Assembly: GCA_026770705.1 (NCBI GenBank)
Contig: JANJGN010000039.1
Coordinates: 1,240,001 to 1,304,000, forward strand
Direction of reading: 5' to 3'
DNA length: 64,000 nucleotides
Source of the DNA: Isurus oxyrinchus
Lineage: Eukaryota
Shown: piece after piece, positions 12,621-24,919 of the stretch
Layout: the number at the start of each line of letters is the position of its first letter
Position numbering within the stretch: the stretch's first letter is position 1
Notes under the pieces: generated by a model
Seen by the model: the letters and a program-made list of their open reading frames with translations, nothing else
Databases searched by the model: none
What the model was told of the DNA's origin: nothing
Program-made: the position numbers and the translations under genes

Positions 12621-13125
12621 AGACATCGGAATGTCTTAAGCGCAGACAACACTGTGTTTCAGCCAAGCTTACAGATATCATCATTTCACACTGATTTGCA
12701 AAACTATCGCTATGAAAAATTAGGGGATTTGAAAGGGAATTTGTTGCTTGCGATATTGGAAAACAGGTGAAAACCGTGAGCAAACACTTTCAATAAGTGC
12801 AACCGAATTCTGCAGAATGCGAATTTGCCCCTGCAATGATTTCCATACCTCCAATTACCTCCAATTTTAAACACGGTCTGAACTTGGTTATGACAATTAT
12901 TGCAGAACCCCACTCAAATTCAAGAAATTCCCCAAAGAATGAAGACGGTCAACACTGTAGAAAGCTGCGTGACACATAAAGCAACCTTAAGAAGTCATGT
13001 AACGTGACACCTAACCTTTGATAACTCTCCAACAGAAAACGAACTATTTCACATTACCAGAAACGCCTTTTGAGAACAAAGTCAATATCCAGTTATACGT
13101 CCACTGATTGTATTTAGGCTCTTAC

Positions 13126-13195
13126 CTGGTACACCAACAGCTGCGAGAATAGGGTAGTAAATGGCCTTTATCTTGTGAAGTATCAGGTCTCCCAT
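13126..13195 (-). CDS. GPCR gene A, coding exon 1 (MGDLILHKIKAIYYPILAAVGVP)
   Basis: ATG at 13195-13193, 70 nt, ends CCA G|gtaagag (donor 13125-13124), phase 1. The join gives IYYPILAAVGVPANVVAIVILS (TM1 with conserved Asn); total 978 nt = 325 aa + stop. Confidence 0.9.
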
Positions 13196-13859
13196 CTTTA
13201 TGAGAATCTGTCTTTTCTCCTGAGATGGTTAAACAGGATGGAATGGAACGATGTGAGCTGGAAACTACAAACCCCCGTCACCTTTGAATTAATTTCAGAA
13301 ACATAAAATAAATAAAGTAAAATCACTGTCGATACTCAGAAGGAGATACCACATTAATTAAACCCAAAATATCAGGGTAAAACTGGCAGCAAAGCATTTG
13401 TAATATGGAAGCGAGATAAGCTGCTATATTTTACAGACATGAAGTCCTGTACATAAACTTCCAAACCCACTTCCTCTACTCCCTAGAAAGACAAGAGTAA
13501 CATAGACTTGGGAACGCCACCATCTAGTAGCTGCTCTTCAAACCACTCACCGCCCTGATTTGGAAAGATATCGCCGTTTCTACACTGCTTCTGCGTCAAT
13601 GTACTGGACCTCCCCGTTATAACACAGACTACAGCAGCTCAAAAATGCATCTCACTACCATCTTTTCAAGGGCAGTTAGGGAAGGCAATAAATGCTGGCC
13701 TCGCCAGCGTCGCCCACATTCAATGAATGGATAGAATAAGAAATATTATCATTTTTAGCCTGAGAGTATGTAAATAAACATACATTAGACAACGATAACT
13801 TCGAGAATGGGTTTGTAAGTGTCCCATATCTGACGAAGTGAAAAAACGCTATTCGCTGT

Positions 13860-14030
13860 GAGAAGCGCTAATTGAAGCAGAAACACTGAGTCTTTTGGAG
13901 AACATGAAATGATCCGTTCAGAGAACCTCTTATTTATACAACAGATAAATCCTCATTAGCTCATTCATGTTCCCTGAAGAAATAAATCAGTTTCAGTCAT
14001 TGAACAAACAGGTTATGTCAGTCACTCCCT
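13860..14030 (-). promoter_or_regulatory. Candidate core promoter of GPCR gene A (TATAAATA at 13938-13931)
   Basis: Block is nearly identical to 43738-43905, visibly more conserved than its flanks. It carries TATAAATA on the gene strand about 740 bp upstream of the ATG. Confidence 0.5.
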
Positions 14031-14626
14031 TGTGAAAGCAACCACTACAAAGTGAAACATCAAATTTTGGACTGATGTCTGTGCTCAAACCAATTGAAGG
14101 GGCTGCATGATAGCGATCAATGGATAAATATTATCGGAGATGGTCAGAGCGGGAAATGATTAAGCCACTAGGGGTTGTTGCGGGATTACTCGTCACTAAT
14201 TTACTCAAAATGAATCTTAGCAACACAATGGTTCTGAACCTCCCTAAGTAGGGGGCACATTTCTGATGTTCCCCACTGTTTTGTGTTTCTGGATCCATTC
14301 TATGTTCCAACAAGGCACGTGTGTGATCCTTGTCTTTGACATTCAAGCTTCCAGAGGGAAGACATACGCTGCCCAGATTGTTCCTGGATTACACTGGCAC
14401 TGATACCTCCGTCGGCGACTGGGCCTACATTCTATGGCGTTGCCCAGAAATTTGCACCATTCCGCCTGCAAATTAAAAATGCAACCAGAGGACATGGAGG
14501 GTTCGTGCTGGTGATTACGTGAGGTGTAACACGATCTGTATGGAGAAGGCATTTGTTTTCTCAACCAGAAAATTTCAAAATAATTCTTTCCAGACGTTTC
14601 CAAACCTATAAATGGTCAATAACCAT

Positions 14627-14664
14627 CCCCCCCCCACCCCCCCCCCCCCCCCCCCCCGCCCCCC
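14627..14664. repeat. Poly-C tract
   Basis: About 36 C with two interruptions; absent at the paralogous position (about 44505). Confidence 0.9.
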
Positions 14665-15169
14665 GACAGCAAATCAGTCTATTCCACCCACTCACATATT
14701 ACGTCCAGAGAGATGTTGGGGCTGATTGAAAAACAATGTTTTGAATAAAATAATAGGTTAATTCGAGTACAAAGCTGGGGGAATATTCCAAGCTAAACAT
14801 TTAACTCCTGACCCTCAGATGTCTTCTGCAAACAATCATTGGCCGATGGAATCACTCATTTTAATGAGGCAGAATCGCCATCACCTCCGGCTGTTGGTTT
14901 GCGCTGCATTTCATACAACACCAAAATCACAAGAATTAAGGGCAGGGGTAGCTCATTCGGCCTCTTGAGTCTCTTCTGCAACTCGAAAAGAAAATGGTTT
15001 ACCTGATCGTGGCCTCAGCTCCATTTTCCTGCCTGTACTTCTCCAACCTGCGTCGCACACCCGCCCCTCCACACCCTCCACAAAACACACACATACGTCC
15101 TCATGACCTCAATACCGTTTATTGGTCAATGAACTATCCAAATCAGTCTGGAATATGAAGCCGCGCTGA

Positions 15170-16230
15170 AAAAGATGAAGAAAATGATCAATGCCATTTG
15201 CTCTTTTGACGATGACCTGATAATCAGAGTGACGCAAGGTGGTTCGACAGTGTGGACCCTTTTCATGTGACTTGCGTTGCCAAGTAAGTCTCTGTCATGG
15301 ATTCAGCTCTATTTGTCATATACTTGCCGGCCATTATCCAGTTTACACTCAAAGAGTTTGGCACAGGCTTACATAACGATTTCAGGACAAACAGCAACGT
15401 TGCCAAACGGCCAAGAGTAAAACCTTGCACATAGGTCACTGAACAGCGACTGAGTGAAGCCTTATTCACGGACTACTGCGCTCGCATAGGGCAGAATCCG
15501 GAGAGATCCAGCTGCATGCTGAACGCTTTGCTGTGGACTCAGAACACTTTCGATTAATAATATATCCACAGATGGAGAAACTGTATCAATTCGCTGCTGG
15601 TCACCTGATCCAAGATGCCACAGCCACTCTGAACGAAAAGCCCAACTGTTCAGTGCGGAAAGTTGCTAACTTGGCAGCATGTTCTCCAAGAGAACTAACT
15701 GAATGAGCAAATTAAACATCGCCTGACAAAAGCAAGTTCGGCATTTAGCAGGCTGCACTCACTGTCTTCTGAAAGAAAAACATGGAGCTCCTCTCAGATG
15801 GAAGATCAAAGCCTGTCAGGCCGTGTTTTTTTTATCTCAATTCTTGTCAGTGCGAGATATGCAACATTGATCAGCCTCATTGAAACCTTGTGAAAACATT
15901 CCAATTTCACTGTCTGTAATCCATTTCCAACGGTAAGTGGCAGGACTGATTCCCACACACAAATATTCTTGCAAAGTGCAGCGTACTGAGCATCGATAAC
16001 ATGGTCATTAGAGCCTCGCTTCCCAAGGTCAGTCATGTGGTTCATATGGAGAATGCCGACATACCAAAGGCCGCATTAGGTGAACACAGGAAGCTGCACG
16101 ACAGGATGTTTCAAATCTCAAAGACAAACCCAGAGATTGGAAACTGGGTCCCAATGCATGGGCTCCTGATTCCCCCTTGCCAACACCCCTCTTGCGTACC
16201 AGAACCATATGAGGCCAACGCCAGGCGCAG
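15170..16230 (+). mobile_element. Decayed RTE-clade LINE (RT region)
   Basis: Degenerate K*VSVMDSALF (cf. KQGCVLAPTLF), ALFTDYCA (cf. LLFADDCA), KASSAFSRL, SHVVHMENADIPK. Paralog 45020-46395 continues to the 3' end. Confidence 0.65.
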
Positions 16231-16269
16231 ATAAAGCTGCACAGGCTAATGGAAAAAATATAAATATAA

Positions 16270-16888
16270 ATCCAGAGCAGAATTAGAGAATCCGGCTCCT
16301 CCAGCCAGCCTCAACATTCAATAACATTATGGCCAATTTGATTGTGGACGCAATTCAGCATTCCGCCCAACTCCAATAACATTTGACACCCTTGGTACCC
16401 AAGGATATATCTGTCTCTGCCTGAAACATATCCAATCAGCTTCCCTACACAGCACTTGTGGGAAGAGAGTTCCAAAGCCCTTCAACCCTGTGACTGAAAT
16501 ACATCGCTTCCACCTCCCCTTCAAACGGGAGACCCACAACTTGAAAACTTTTCTCCCTTTGCCCCAAACTCCACGACAAGGGAAACATTCTCATTGCAAA
16601 TAATATGGTGAATCCCTCAGGATCCAACCTATTTCAATCAAAGCACCCCTCTTTTTCCAGACTCCAATTGAAAACGGTTATCCAATCTTTCCGAATTTGA
16701 TAAAACCCAGACAACCACCACCCTCCACCAACTCAGCCTCCCAGGTATCTGCAGAATGAACGCTATCTCAACTGATTCTAAGTAATTGATATCCTTTCTT
16801 AAAGTTGGAGACCAAAACTGTGCACCGTTCTTTAGATGTGATATCGGCAACGTTCTGCTCAACTTTAATAAAACATCATTACTGCATA
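16270..16888 (-). mobile_element. Decayed CR1 LINE 3' region
   Basis: AQFWSPTLRKDINYLESV and FSHRVEGLWNSLPTSAV, both CR1 ORF2 C-terminal motifs. Paralog at about 47995-48680. Confidence 0.75.
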
Positions 16889-18559
16889 ACTTTAGAGTTC
16901 CTGCTAAATTAGGGTAATAGCAAATAAACTGAAGAGAATGTAAAGATTGGCATGCACACTTTGTCAGATTTACTGCTAGTAGTTGAACTGTAATTGATAA
17001 TTAAAGCTTAATTGTAACTCCTTTTTTGGTATTGATCGTCATGTGCAATTTAACAATTAAGCATAACCATATTTAACTTTTTAAGAATACAAGTGAATCT
17101 CCTAACCCCTTTGCCTTACTTTCTTACAACTTCACATTAACAATGCCCTCCATCTGGTTCTGTAGCATTGCCATGAGCTTATTGACAGAGATGCTGAACA
17201 GACCTTGTAATTAAATCAGCGAATCTGGGAGAAGCTGCAGATCTCAGGTTGCAGCAGAATTATATTCAATTGCAATCCTTAAACTCATGCTGCGGCATAT
17301 TCCTCATTCCACTGAAATGTCCACCGCGCGATTAACGCAGATAAAATGACGAGTGCAGGTAGCAGTAAAGGAGAAACACCAAATATACCACACAGCGGAA
17401 GGTGGTGCATATTCAACACACCATTACCTGCATTTTAGACAACGGAATAAAACTGCAACAATGCTAACACCTCCCACAGACAGTGCACCGAATCAAACCT
17501 TGAGTCCCCGTCGCATCCAGCGGCTTTTGATAGTGCCAGAAAGACAACTTTCAGGAGGAGGAGGCTTCAAAAGTATTCCCACTGGCTATGTTGGGAGCCA
17601 AACGACCTCAGTACAATCGACAAGGGTGAAACATTTGCAGTTCGTGTGTGTCAGGATTGTTAATGCTTCATCCTCCTAATGTCCCTGACATCACAGACGT
17701 CAGACTGAATATAAAAAACAAAATATTGTTCATAATGGAATTCTGAAATAAACACAAGTTAGGCTGGAAAACCTCAAAAGTTTTGGCAGATTCTGCGAAG
17801 AGAATCCGCACGAAACATGTTAATTCTGTTTCCATTAGGTTGTAGAATATTTGATTTACTTGATAAAATCGCAGGAAATGGCTGAAAGGACTGGAAACAG
17901 CATAAGCTGTAGGGGTGACACAAGCCCGGCAATTTTATTGAACATTCGGGCTCTATAGCCAGACGAAACCGGAGGCCAAAAACATCAGCGCAGACATACC
18001 AAAAGCACATGCTACCGAACATGTGGAAAAAGTGCCCCAGTGTGTGCCCTACGTAAGTAGCATGAGAAATATAACCCTGGCAAATACCCGTCCATCAATC
18101 TGGCCTTGGTCATAAGCAATAAAATGGAAGTTGTCATTTTGGTATTAAGCGGCAGTTACATAACACCACCAGTTCATTGATAAAGGGATGGAGGTCCGCC
18201 AGCGCCATTCGGCTAATGGCTTCATTACAGCTTTGCGTGTATCACATACAAAATGGCTGAACTCAGGAGCTGCGATGATAATGACGTGTCTTGATGTCAA
18301 GGCAGCATTTGTCAGTGAGCGACATGAAGGGAGCTCCGGTGGTACGATGACCGTACAGAATATTTGGATATTCATGATAGCAAAATAAATAATCCGAACA
18401 TCTTAAAAAAAGTAGTTGCATTGCTGCGATGGACCCAAACTCAACATAACTCAAACATTAATAGGTCACTGATACTTCAGGTGAGATGTAAATTTCAATG
18501 TTGGAGAAATTGGAGAATGTGGTGGATCAAATGCTCCTTCGAGCCTGCGCCGCCGTTGC

Positions 18560-20078
18560 TTACTACCGTGGCATGTCTTGGGGTTGAATTCCATTCCCTG
18601 CAATTTCCAGGCACCCGTTTTGTGAACCTTCTCTCTACCACCTCCGAAGATAGCGTATCTTCTCTTCAATGTCAAGACAAAAACTGCGCACAAAAGTCGA
18701 GGTGTTGCGTCAACAAAACACTGTGCAGACCTTTCAAAGTTTCTTCATCCCTCTACTCCAATTCCCGTTGCAACAAGTACACTCTCTGCTCTCAGGGTGT
18801 AAGATAAAGTGTTTCACATCAATCCCTATTTCTGAGGTGTAGATGAAATAGCTTTACTCAGAACAGTTTGGCCCGAGGTCCCTTCAGAAAACAGACACAC
18901 TGCATCCGATTTCCAGCAGCAATCCAAATGCGCAATCCTCTTCTCAATTGTCACTGTCCTACACAGAATCCACCTGGCTTGTTCTCCCTATCTGATTCTG
19001 TTATGAATTCTCACCTTGAATTATTTTAATCCACCGATTCAAAGTCCCTGTAGTGTTGTCACATAATTATACCCACGGTTTCATGCTGAGATACCTGTTT
19101 GCGTTCTGGGACTGTATCCTTCTTCCTGCAGCAGCACACGAGATGCAATTAAAATAATAATTCGTTTAATTTGCTGTTTTATCTTCCACCACATTGCAAC
19201 TTGAACTTGAGCTTCACATCTCAGAGCTCTAATAACATCATAATGTTGACTTCAATTGTTCTTCCTTCCAAAATTCTTTCTTACTTTCACTTAGGAGTTA
19301 AAGTATTCTTTACAAACATAAAATGCAGGTTTTGCAACAAAGCACCAAATTTTATTTCCAAGTAGAGGCTTAGCCTGTGGGTGAGCCAGTCTGTTGTTCA
19401 ATTGGATTAAGACCATGAACTCTCAGTTCTTCGGTGTATACTATTGTTGAGAAGTAAACAGAGGTAATGTTGCATTTGCATGTTCTTGAATGGAGCATTC
19501 AAGAGGGGAGTGAAATCTTTCAGCTAGCCAGGAGACACCAGACAATATTTATATTACTGAAAGAGTTGGTGCAATGATATGGGTTTTATTGTTGGAAGAG
19601 GTCATGCCCAAAGGGCGTGGTAATTCACTGAGAATTTACATTCAAAGAAAGCTTAGAAGGGAGCTTGTGTGTGAAAGGCTGAAGCATCGAACATCAAACA
19701 GCTGTAAGCCTCCAACAGTGTGCAAAGCAAAGAGATTGAAAGGAACCTTGTTTTGAATTTGTAAGGGGTAAATGCTTTGCCTGGTATCTGGCTAAGTCTA
19801 TTAAATATTGTTGCCTTGGTGGAGAATTACTTGGCATTTTTTTCAAAAATGTTACGATGATAGTAAATTCTAGCCACGTGTACATGCTTAATTTATTGCA
19901 AACTAATAAATGTCTCATTTAGTCTGTTAGAGGACCTGTCGAGAACAAATGGTTTTACCCCTGAATTTAGAGCAAGAACTCAAAGCATACGATTTGAAAA
20001 GACAGGTTATGACATTTGTTTAAATTTGCCCTCTGTGTCTTTAACTAGCACAGCCTTTAATAATGTTGTGTCATAACA
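18560..20078. mobile_element. Possible decayed LTR-retrotransposon relics (gag-like fragment and solo-LTR-like segment)
   Basis: Minus-strand IFGGGREKVHKTGAWKLQG resembles a decayed CCHC knuckle. 19380-20078 has AATAAA and ends ...gtcataaca like an LTR. Weak evidence only. Confidence 0.3.
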
Positions 20079-20202
20079 CATGTTAAGTTTCCAAGCCTGA
20101 CGTTCATATTCCGCTAATCTAAACTAAAAGGTTTGGTAGAATTCGGCAATGTGCTTGCTGTTGAAACTCTTTTAAAATTTGTTGCAGCTCGGGGAACAGG
20201 GA

Positions 20203-21000
20203 GACCATAAGACCATAAGACAAAGGAGCATAAATTAGGCCATTCGGCCCATCGAGTCTTGTCCGCCATTCAAACATGGCTGGTTTCTCAACCGCATTCT
20301 CCGGCCTTCTCCCGGTAACCTTTGATCCCCTGAACAATCAAGAACTTATCTACCTCGATCTGAAATACTCCCAATGAGCTGGCCTCCACACCCTTCTGTG
20401 ACAATGAATTCTTGGTTTGATATTACTGCAGACTATCCCCAGTATTTCGAGAAATTATTTAAGGACCTAAGTCTACTGTTGTTTGTTCTTTGTAACACTG
20501 AATTCCAAATAGCGCTGGCCCCCTGACAAATGAAGTACCCCATATTCTCTGGTTTGGAAGGGAGCCTTTTTAACATGAAACATTTCCCCTAGTTATAGAC
20601 TCCCCCACTAGATAAGCATCCTCTCAACATCTAAACTGATAAAGTCGCCCCAGAGCCATATAGGTTTCAAGAATATCTCTTCCCACCTTTCCAAATTCTC
20701 ATGAGCAGTGGCCCAATGAACAGACCTTTCCTCATAAGACAAGCTTTTCATACCAGGAAGCAGTCGTGTGATCCATCTATGAAGTGTGCCTAACGCATTT
20801 GCAATGCCACTTAAATAAGGAAAGCTTAACCGCACAAGACACCACCAACGTTTTGCAGCAGCAAGGAATCCCTACTTGCATACATCACCCAGCATCCAGT
20901 GAAGGCTAATATTTTATATGCCTTACTTTTCGCTTCCTGTACCGGTATGCTAACTCTTCATGATTCATGTTCGAGAAAATCTGGAGAACTTCTGCTGCAA
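20203..21000 (-). mobile_element. CR1 LINE 3' region (younger tail 20203-20410 plus older RT part)
   Basis: Tail repeat (accataag)x2; reads MFEWRTRLDGPNGL and ITRLLPGMKSLSYEER. Confidence 0.8.
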
Positions 21001-23184
21001 CAGACAGAATTCTACCTCTACCTTCAAATCTTCAGCCTCTATTATACCACCAAAATGACGATCAGACAATTTCCTATAGGTTCCTGCAACGTGTTTTTAT
21101 TATTTTTGAACAAACACTTAACATTTATCTTTGCAGAGTCTTTGCAACGGTATCACAATTATTTTTTCAATGCACATTAATATCGCCAGTAAAGTTGACC
21201 GCAGTGCACTCCATTTCTTTTTCCAAGTCAACATTATAAAACGGTTTGGGTAAAGCTGAGGCCACAGTACTGAATCCTATGGTACCCTCACCCGTCTAGA
21301 TATAGTTCGTCAACTTAAAAACGAGCCAGTTATATCGACTCTGTTTCCTGTTAAGCCGCCCGATAGTCATGATGTTAAGTTACCCTAAACCCATGACGAT
21401 GTAACATGTGTATTCATTTTTTTTAAGTGGAAACGTATCTGATATATTTAGGTAATTTGAAATAAAACTGCATTTTATCGTCCTTATTTCCTCATCGTCC
21501 TTGTTACATCCTCAAATAACTAATAACTTGATACACGATTGTCATTTCAGAAAATCATGTGCACTGCCTGATTGGAACATGAATTCCTACATTTTCTGCT
21601 TTCAGTTCCTTAAAAAATACCTTCCTGCTGGAGTTTAGAGAAAGAGAATAAACAGAAAAAAAACTCATCAGCCTTGGAAACCTGCTCCATCTGGTCGCAC
21701 AAGGATTTCTGTTGCTAGAATGAGAAGGCACCTTGCACTGAGGGGAAAAAGTCAAAAGAAAAAGGTCAAGATTAATAATAAATTAATTGTAAATATAACA
21801 AATAACATTTTATTTTAAAAGCACATGAACCCTTAAGACATTTAGAATTTCCTCGCTCTCAAAAGTCAAGAGTTCAGCAATTCTTTCGAATATGTGTTTT
21901 CGGCCGAGCAGACATCGGGGCCACTTTACCAGCGGACAGTGAAATGTTAATGGAATTGTTGCCGTCCCTGTGTTACATAACAGCTAGGCCCGTTAAATTC
22001 TTCCTTAATAATCGTCAGAGAACTGGATGCATTTATATAATTCATGATTATTTTAAAGTAAATAAACAACTTTCTACTTATTCCAGATATGTAACCTTAA
22101 AGGTAAAGGCAGGTTGACTTTTTGTATTCGTTTCCTCTGTATTTCAACATTGGACCATCCAGGCCTGTGAAGGACAGAACTCCTTAACGTTCTTTGCATT
22201 GTTTATGGTCAGTGTTACAATTTAGGCAGATTGAATGTTTCGTTCTACCACGTTGGTAATTATTCATTAAGACTGTGAGCTTCCGCAAGCTGGTATAAAA
22301 CAACGGTCAGCACTTTTGTTTTCGTGCTGGACCCCAGATGTGACTGAGGCTCGACGGCAGGGTTGGTTTAACTGCACTTTTCCCTCTTCGTTCATCGGCG
22401 GTGACCATCACAGCCAAGACCTGCTTTTGCTGCTGATCTATGATTGCACTACAGAAGCTGGTGCCGAGCAGTCCCTCGGTTCAAGCTGGATAGGCAGTAC
22501 GATTTCATCCTTATTCTTCTTTTCTGCAGCGTCTTTATAAAACTGATTATTTTCTCGCCCATTTCTAAGGGCAGTTAAGAGTCAAGCATGTTACCGTGGG
22601 ACTGGAATAACTTGTAGGTCGGGCAGTGTGAGGCCGAAATATGTCCTCCACCATATGGCATTACAAATCCAGATTTTTAGAGACAATCCAATTGTTCCAT
22701 TGACACAATTAGTGGGAATATAATGCCAGGATTTCCGTTCCGGATTTCGTTTAATTGGAAGTTTGCTGGACTTATGTAAATGTTAATGTTTCTGAGAGTG
22801 TTCAAATGTGCGAGTTCTCTCCGAATCAACTCCACCGCTTTATTTATGAATAGTTACATGCATTTCACTGCTTGGAGAACGGTAAGGCCACACACCATGC
22901 ATCAGATCCCTGTGTCTGCATACCTTTCTGTGTTGCACACTCTAATCAGAGCCATAAATGCACGCATGGTATATCCCTTCAGTGTATTTATAAACAGTTC
23001 AGTTCCCAGGATTACAGTTTGTTTTATCCCGTATTTTTGAACTGACTACCTGGTCCAGGCCACTTTCCCTTTATGAAAGCTCCAGTCCCGAGAATACTGC
23101 GCAGGAAAGGTCGATGAGTTGGATTCGGGAACATGGAAAATCGTGAAGGCGATGTTATCACAGCGTAAACAAACGAGATAAGAC

Positions 23185-23270
23185 GATGGAGAGAATTGAG
23201 AGAAAGAGAGAGAAATGAGAGATGTGCGTGTGTGAGAGCGAGAGAAAGAAAGGGAGGCCGAGTGAGACAG
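23185..23270. repeat. GA-rich low-complexity / microsatellite tract
   Basis: gagagaattgagagaaagagagagaaatgagagatgtgcgtgtgtgagagcgagagaaag. Confidence 0.75.
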
Positions 23271-24049
23271 AAGCTGCTGATTTTTTTTACCAGAATGCAA
23301 TTAACCTGATTAAGTCTCTGCTAGGCAAACATCTGAAGAGTTATTGCGCCGCATTGTAACCAGAAGTTCAAACCCCTCTCCTGCCCTTTCCATTTCACCC
23401 TGCTTCAATGAAGATATGTGTTGGTGAGAGCAAAAATAATGATGGGATCAATGGTATCTGCCTAGATCAGTCCCTCCTCGGGTTCTGACGCAGATTAATG
23501 TCCCCATGTGCGCTCCTTCTCTCTTTGTCAGAGCAGCAAGATTGAAATAATAACTAGGATTAAACAAAAATAAGCAGAGGGTAATGAGCATCTGTTGATA
23601 TACAGCGCCTCCTGTCAGTTTCACTGGGGGAGGGGACAGGGTGAAATAATCACTGTTACCACTGAAGGCTAAATAAAGATTCCACCCACAATGCTGTTCA
23701 CATGAAACAAGATGGTGGAATAACGCATTTTTTTTACTTTTGAAGCAAAAACAAGCAAATTATGTTGGGAAAGCTTTTTATTCTACGTGTTTAGTGATCC
23801 CTCTCATCTCTTTCTTTCTCTGAAAGGCGAGCATTCTTTTTAGAAAAAAAAACATGGTGTTCTTATTCGGACTTTCTGTACTTTGTGCACTCACCTCGAT
23901 CTGATAACCTGTGACACCCCCAATTATTTTTGAATTAAAAGTGAATATTTGAGCTTAAAAACAGGAGGCGAGGGAAAGCAACTCATCTGTGGTTGGTTGG
24001 TCATTTGCGAATAAATGTCACTATGACGTCTGTGATGTCTCTTCGTTTT

Positions 24050-24436
24050 CCCTTCCTTATCTCTGTAATTTCCTCCTCCCCCCCCCTAAGGCACCATGAT
24101 AACTGTGGTAGTCTATTTCTGGCTGCATTATCCTCTGTGAATGTGATGTTTCCAACATTACTGAACTTGCCTTCAGTTGCCTAGAGTTCATGCTCTGGAA
24201 TCCCCGCCACGCACAGCCCCACTCCCCCCCCCCCCCCCCCAAACACCCTCACCCCCACCCCCAGCGCGGCTCCAGATCTCTGCTTCCCTTTTCTGCTTCA
24301 AGATAATTCTTAAGACCGACCCGTTTGACTATCCCTTTGATCAGTTGTCATGTTCTGTTATGTGGAGCTGATCTGAAGCAACTTGAGCCACGTGATTGTG
24401 TTAAATATGTCATATCAATATGATTTGTTGTTGTCA
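24050..24436 (+). mobile_element. L2-type LINE 3' end (decayed), containing a poly-C run at 24223-24240
   Basis: ctctggaatccc...ttcaagataattcttaagaccgacccgtttgac...tgtgttaaatatgtcatatcaatatgatttgttgttgt resembles an L2 3' UTR with (gtt)n tail. Confidence 0.55.
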
Positions 24437-24919
24437 CTTTGCCATATAATGCTCGGTGCAGCATTATTGGTTGTTTTACTATGTTTATATTCAATACTAA
24501 TACGCGAGGGCTTCCATTGCTGCATTTAGGACTCTGTCTCATGTTACATCTGTAGTTGTCAGGATCACTGTATGAATCCCGTAATCCCCTGCTCCATCCG
24601 ACAATATGACAGGCGGTCCTATGGCGATCTTGACAGAGGTAAAACAATGACGGGTCCTGAAATCTGACTGCTCCATGTACGGTGCTCAGTGAGATGTTTT
24701 TTGTCCGAGTTCCATGAACAGTGAAACAGTTGTTTCAGAGTCCTGACCACATAGTGATTAAATAATCATCAAGGAGGCTTATAAATAATTTGTCAGTTGA
24801 GTTAGCCAATTGCTGAAATGCAGAAACAATAACCATTATTATAGGCATTAGACTTACTATTTAAGAGGTTGAACGTATATTTAAGAGAGAATGAGAGAAG
24901 GAGAGAGAGAGAGAATTTA

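Larger units (their letters stand above)
1060..16888 (+). repeat. Segmental duplication unit, copy A (direct repeat of about 31290..48612)
   Basis: Colinear similarity along the whole length, e.g. 2050-2160 vs 32300-32410, 7440-7640 vs 37400-37610, 13860-14020 vs 43738-43898, 16270-16880 vs 48000-48610. Confidence 0.93.
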
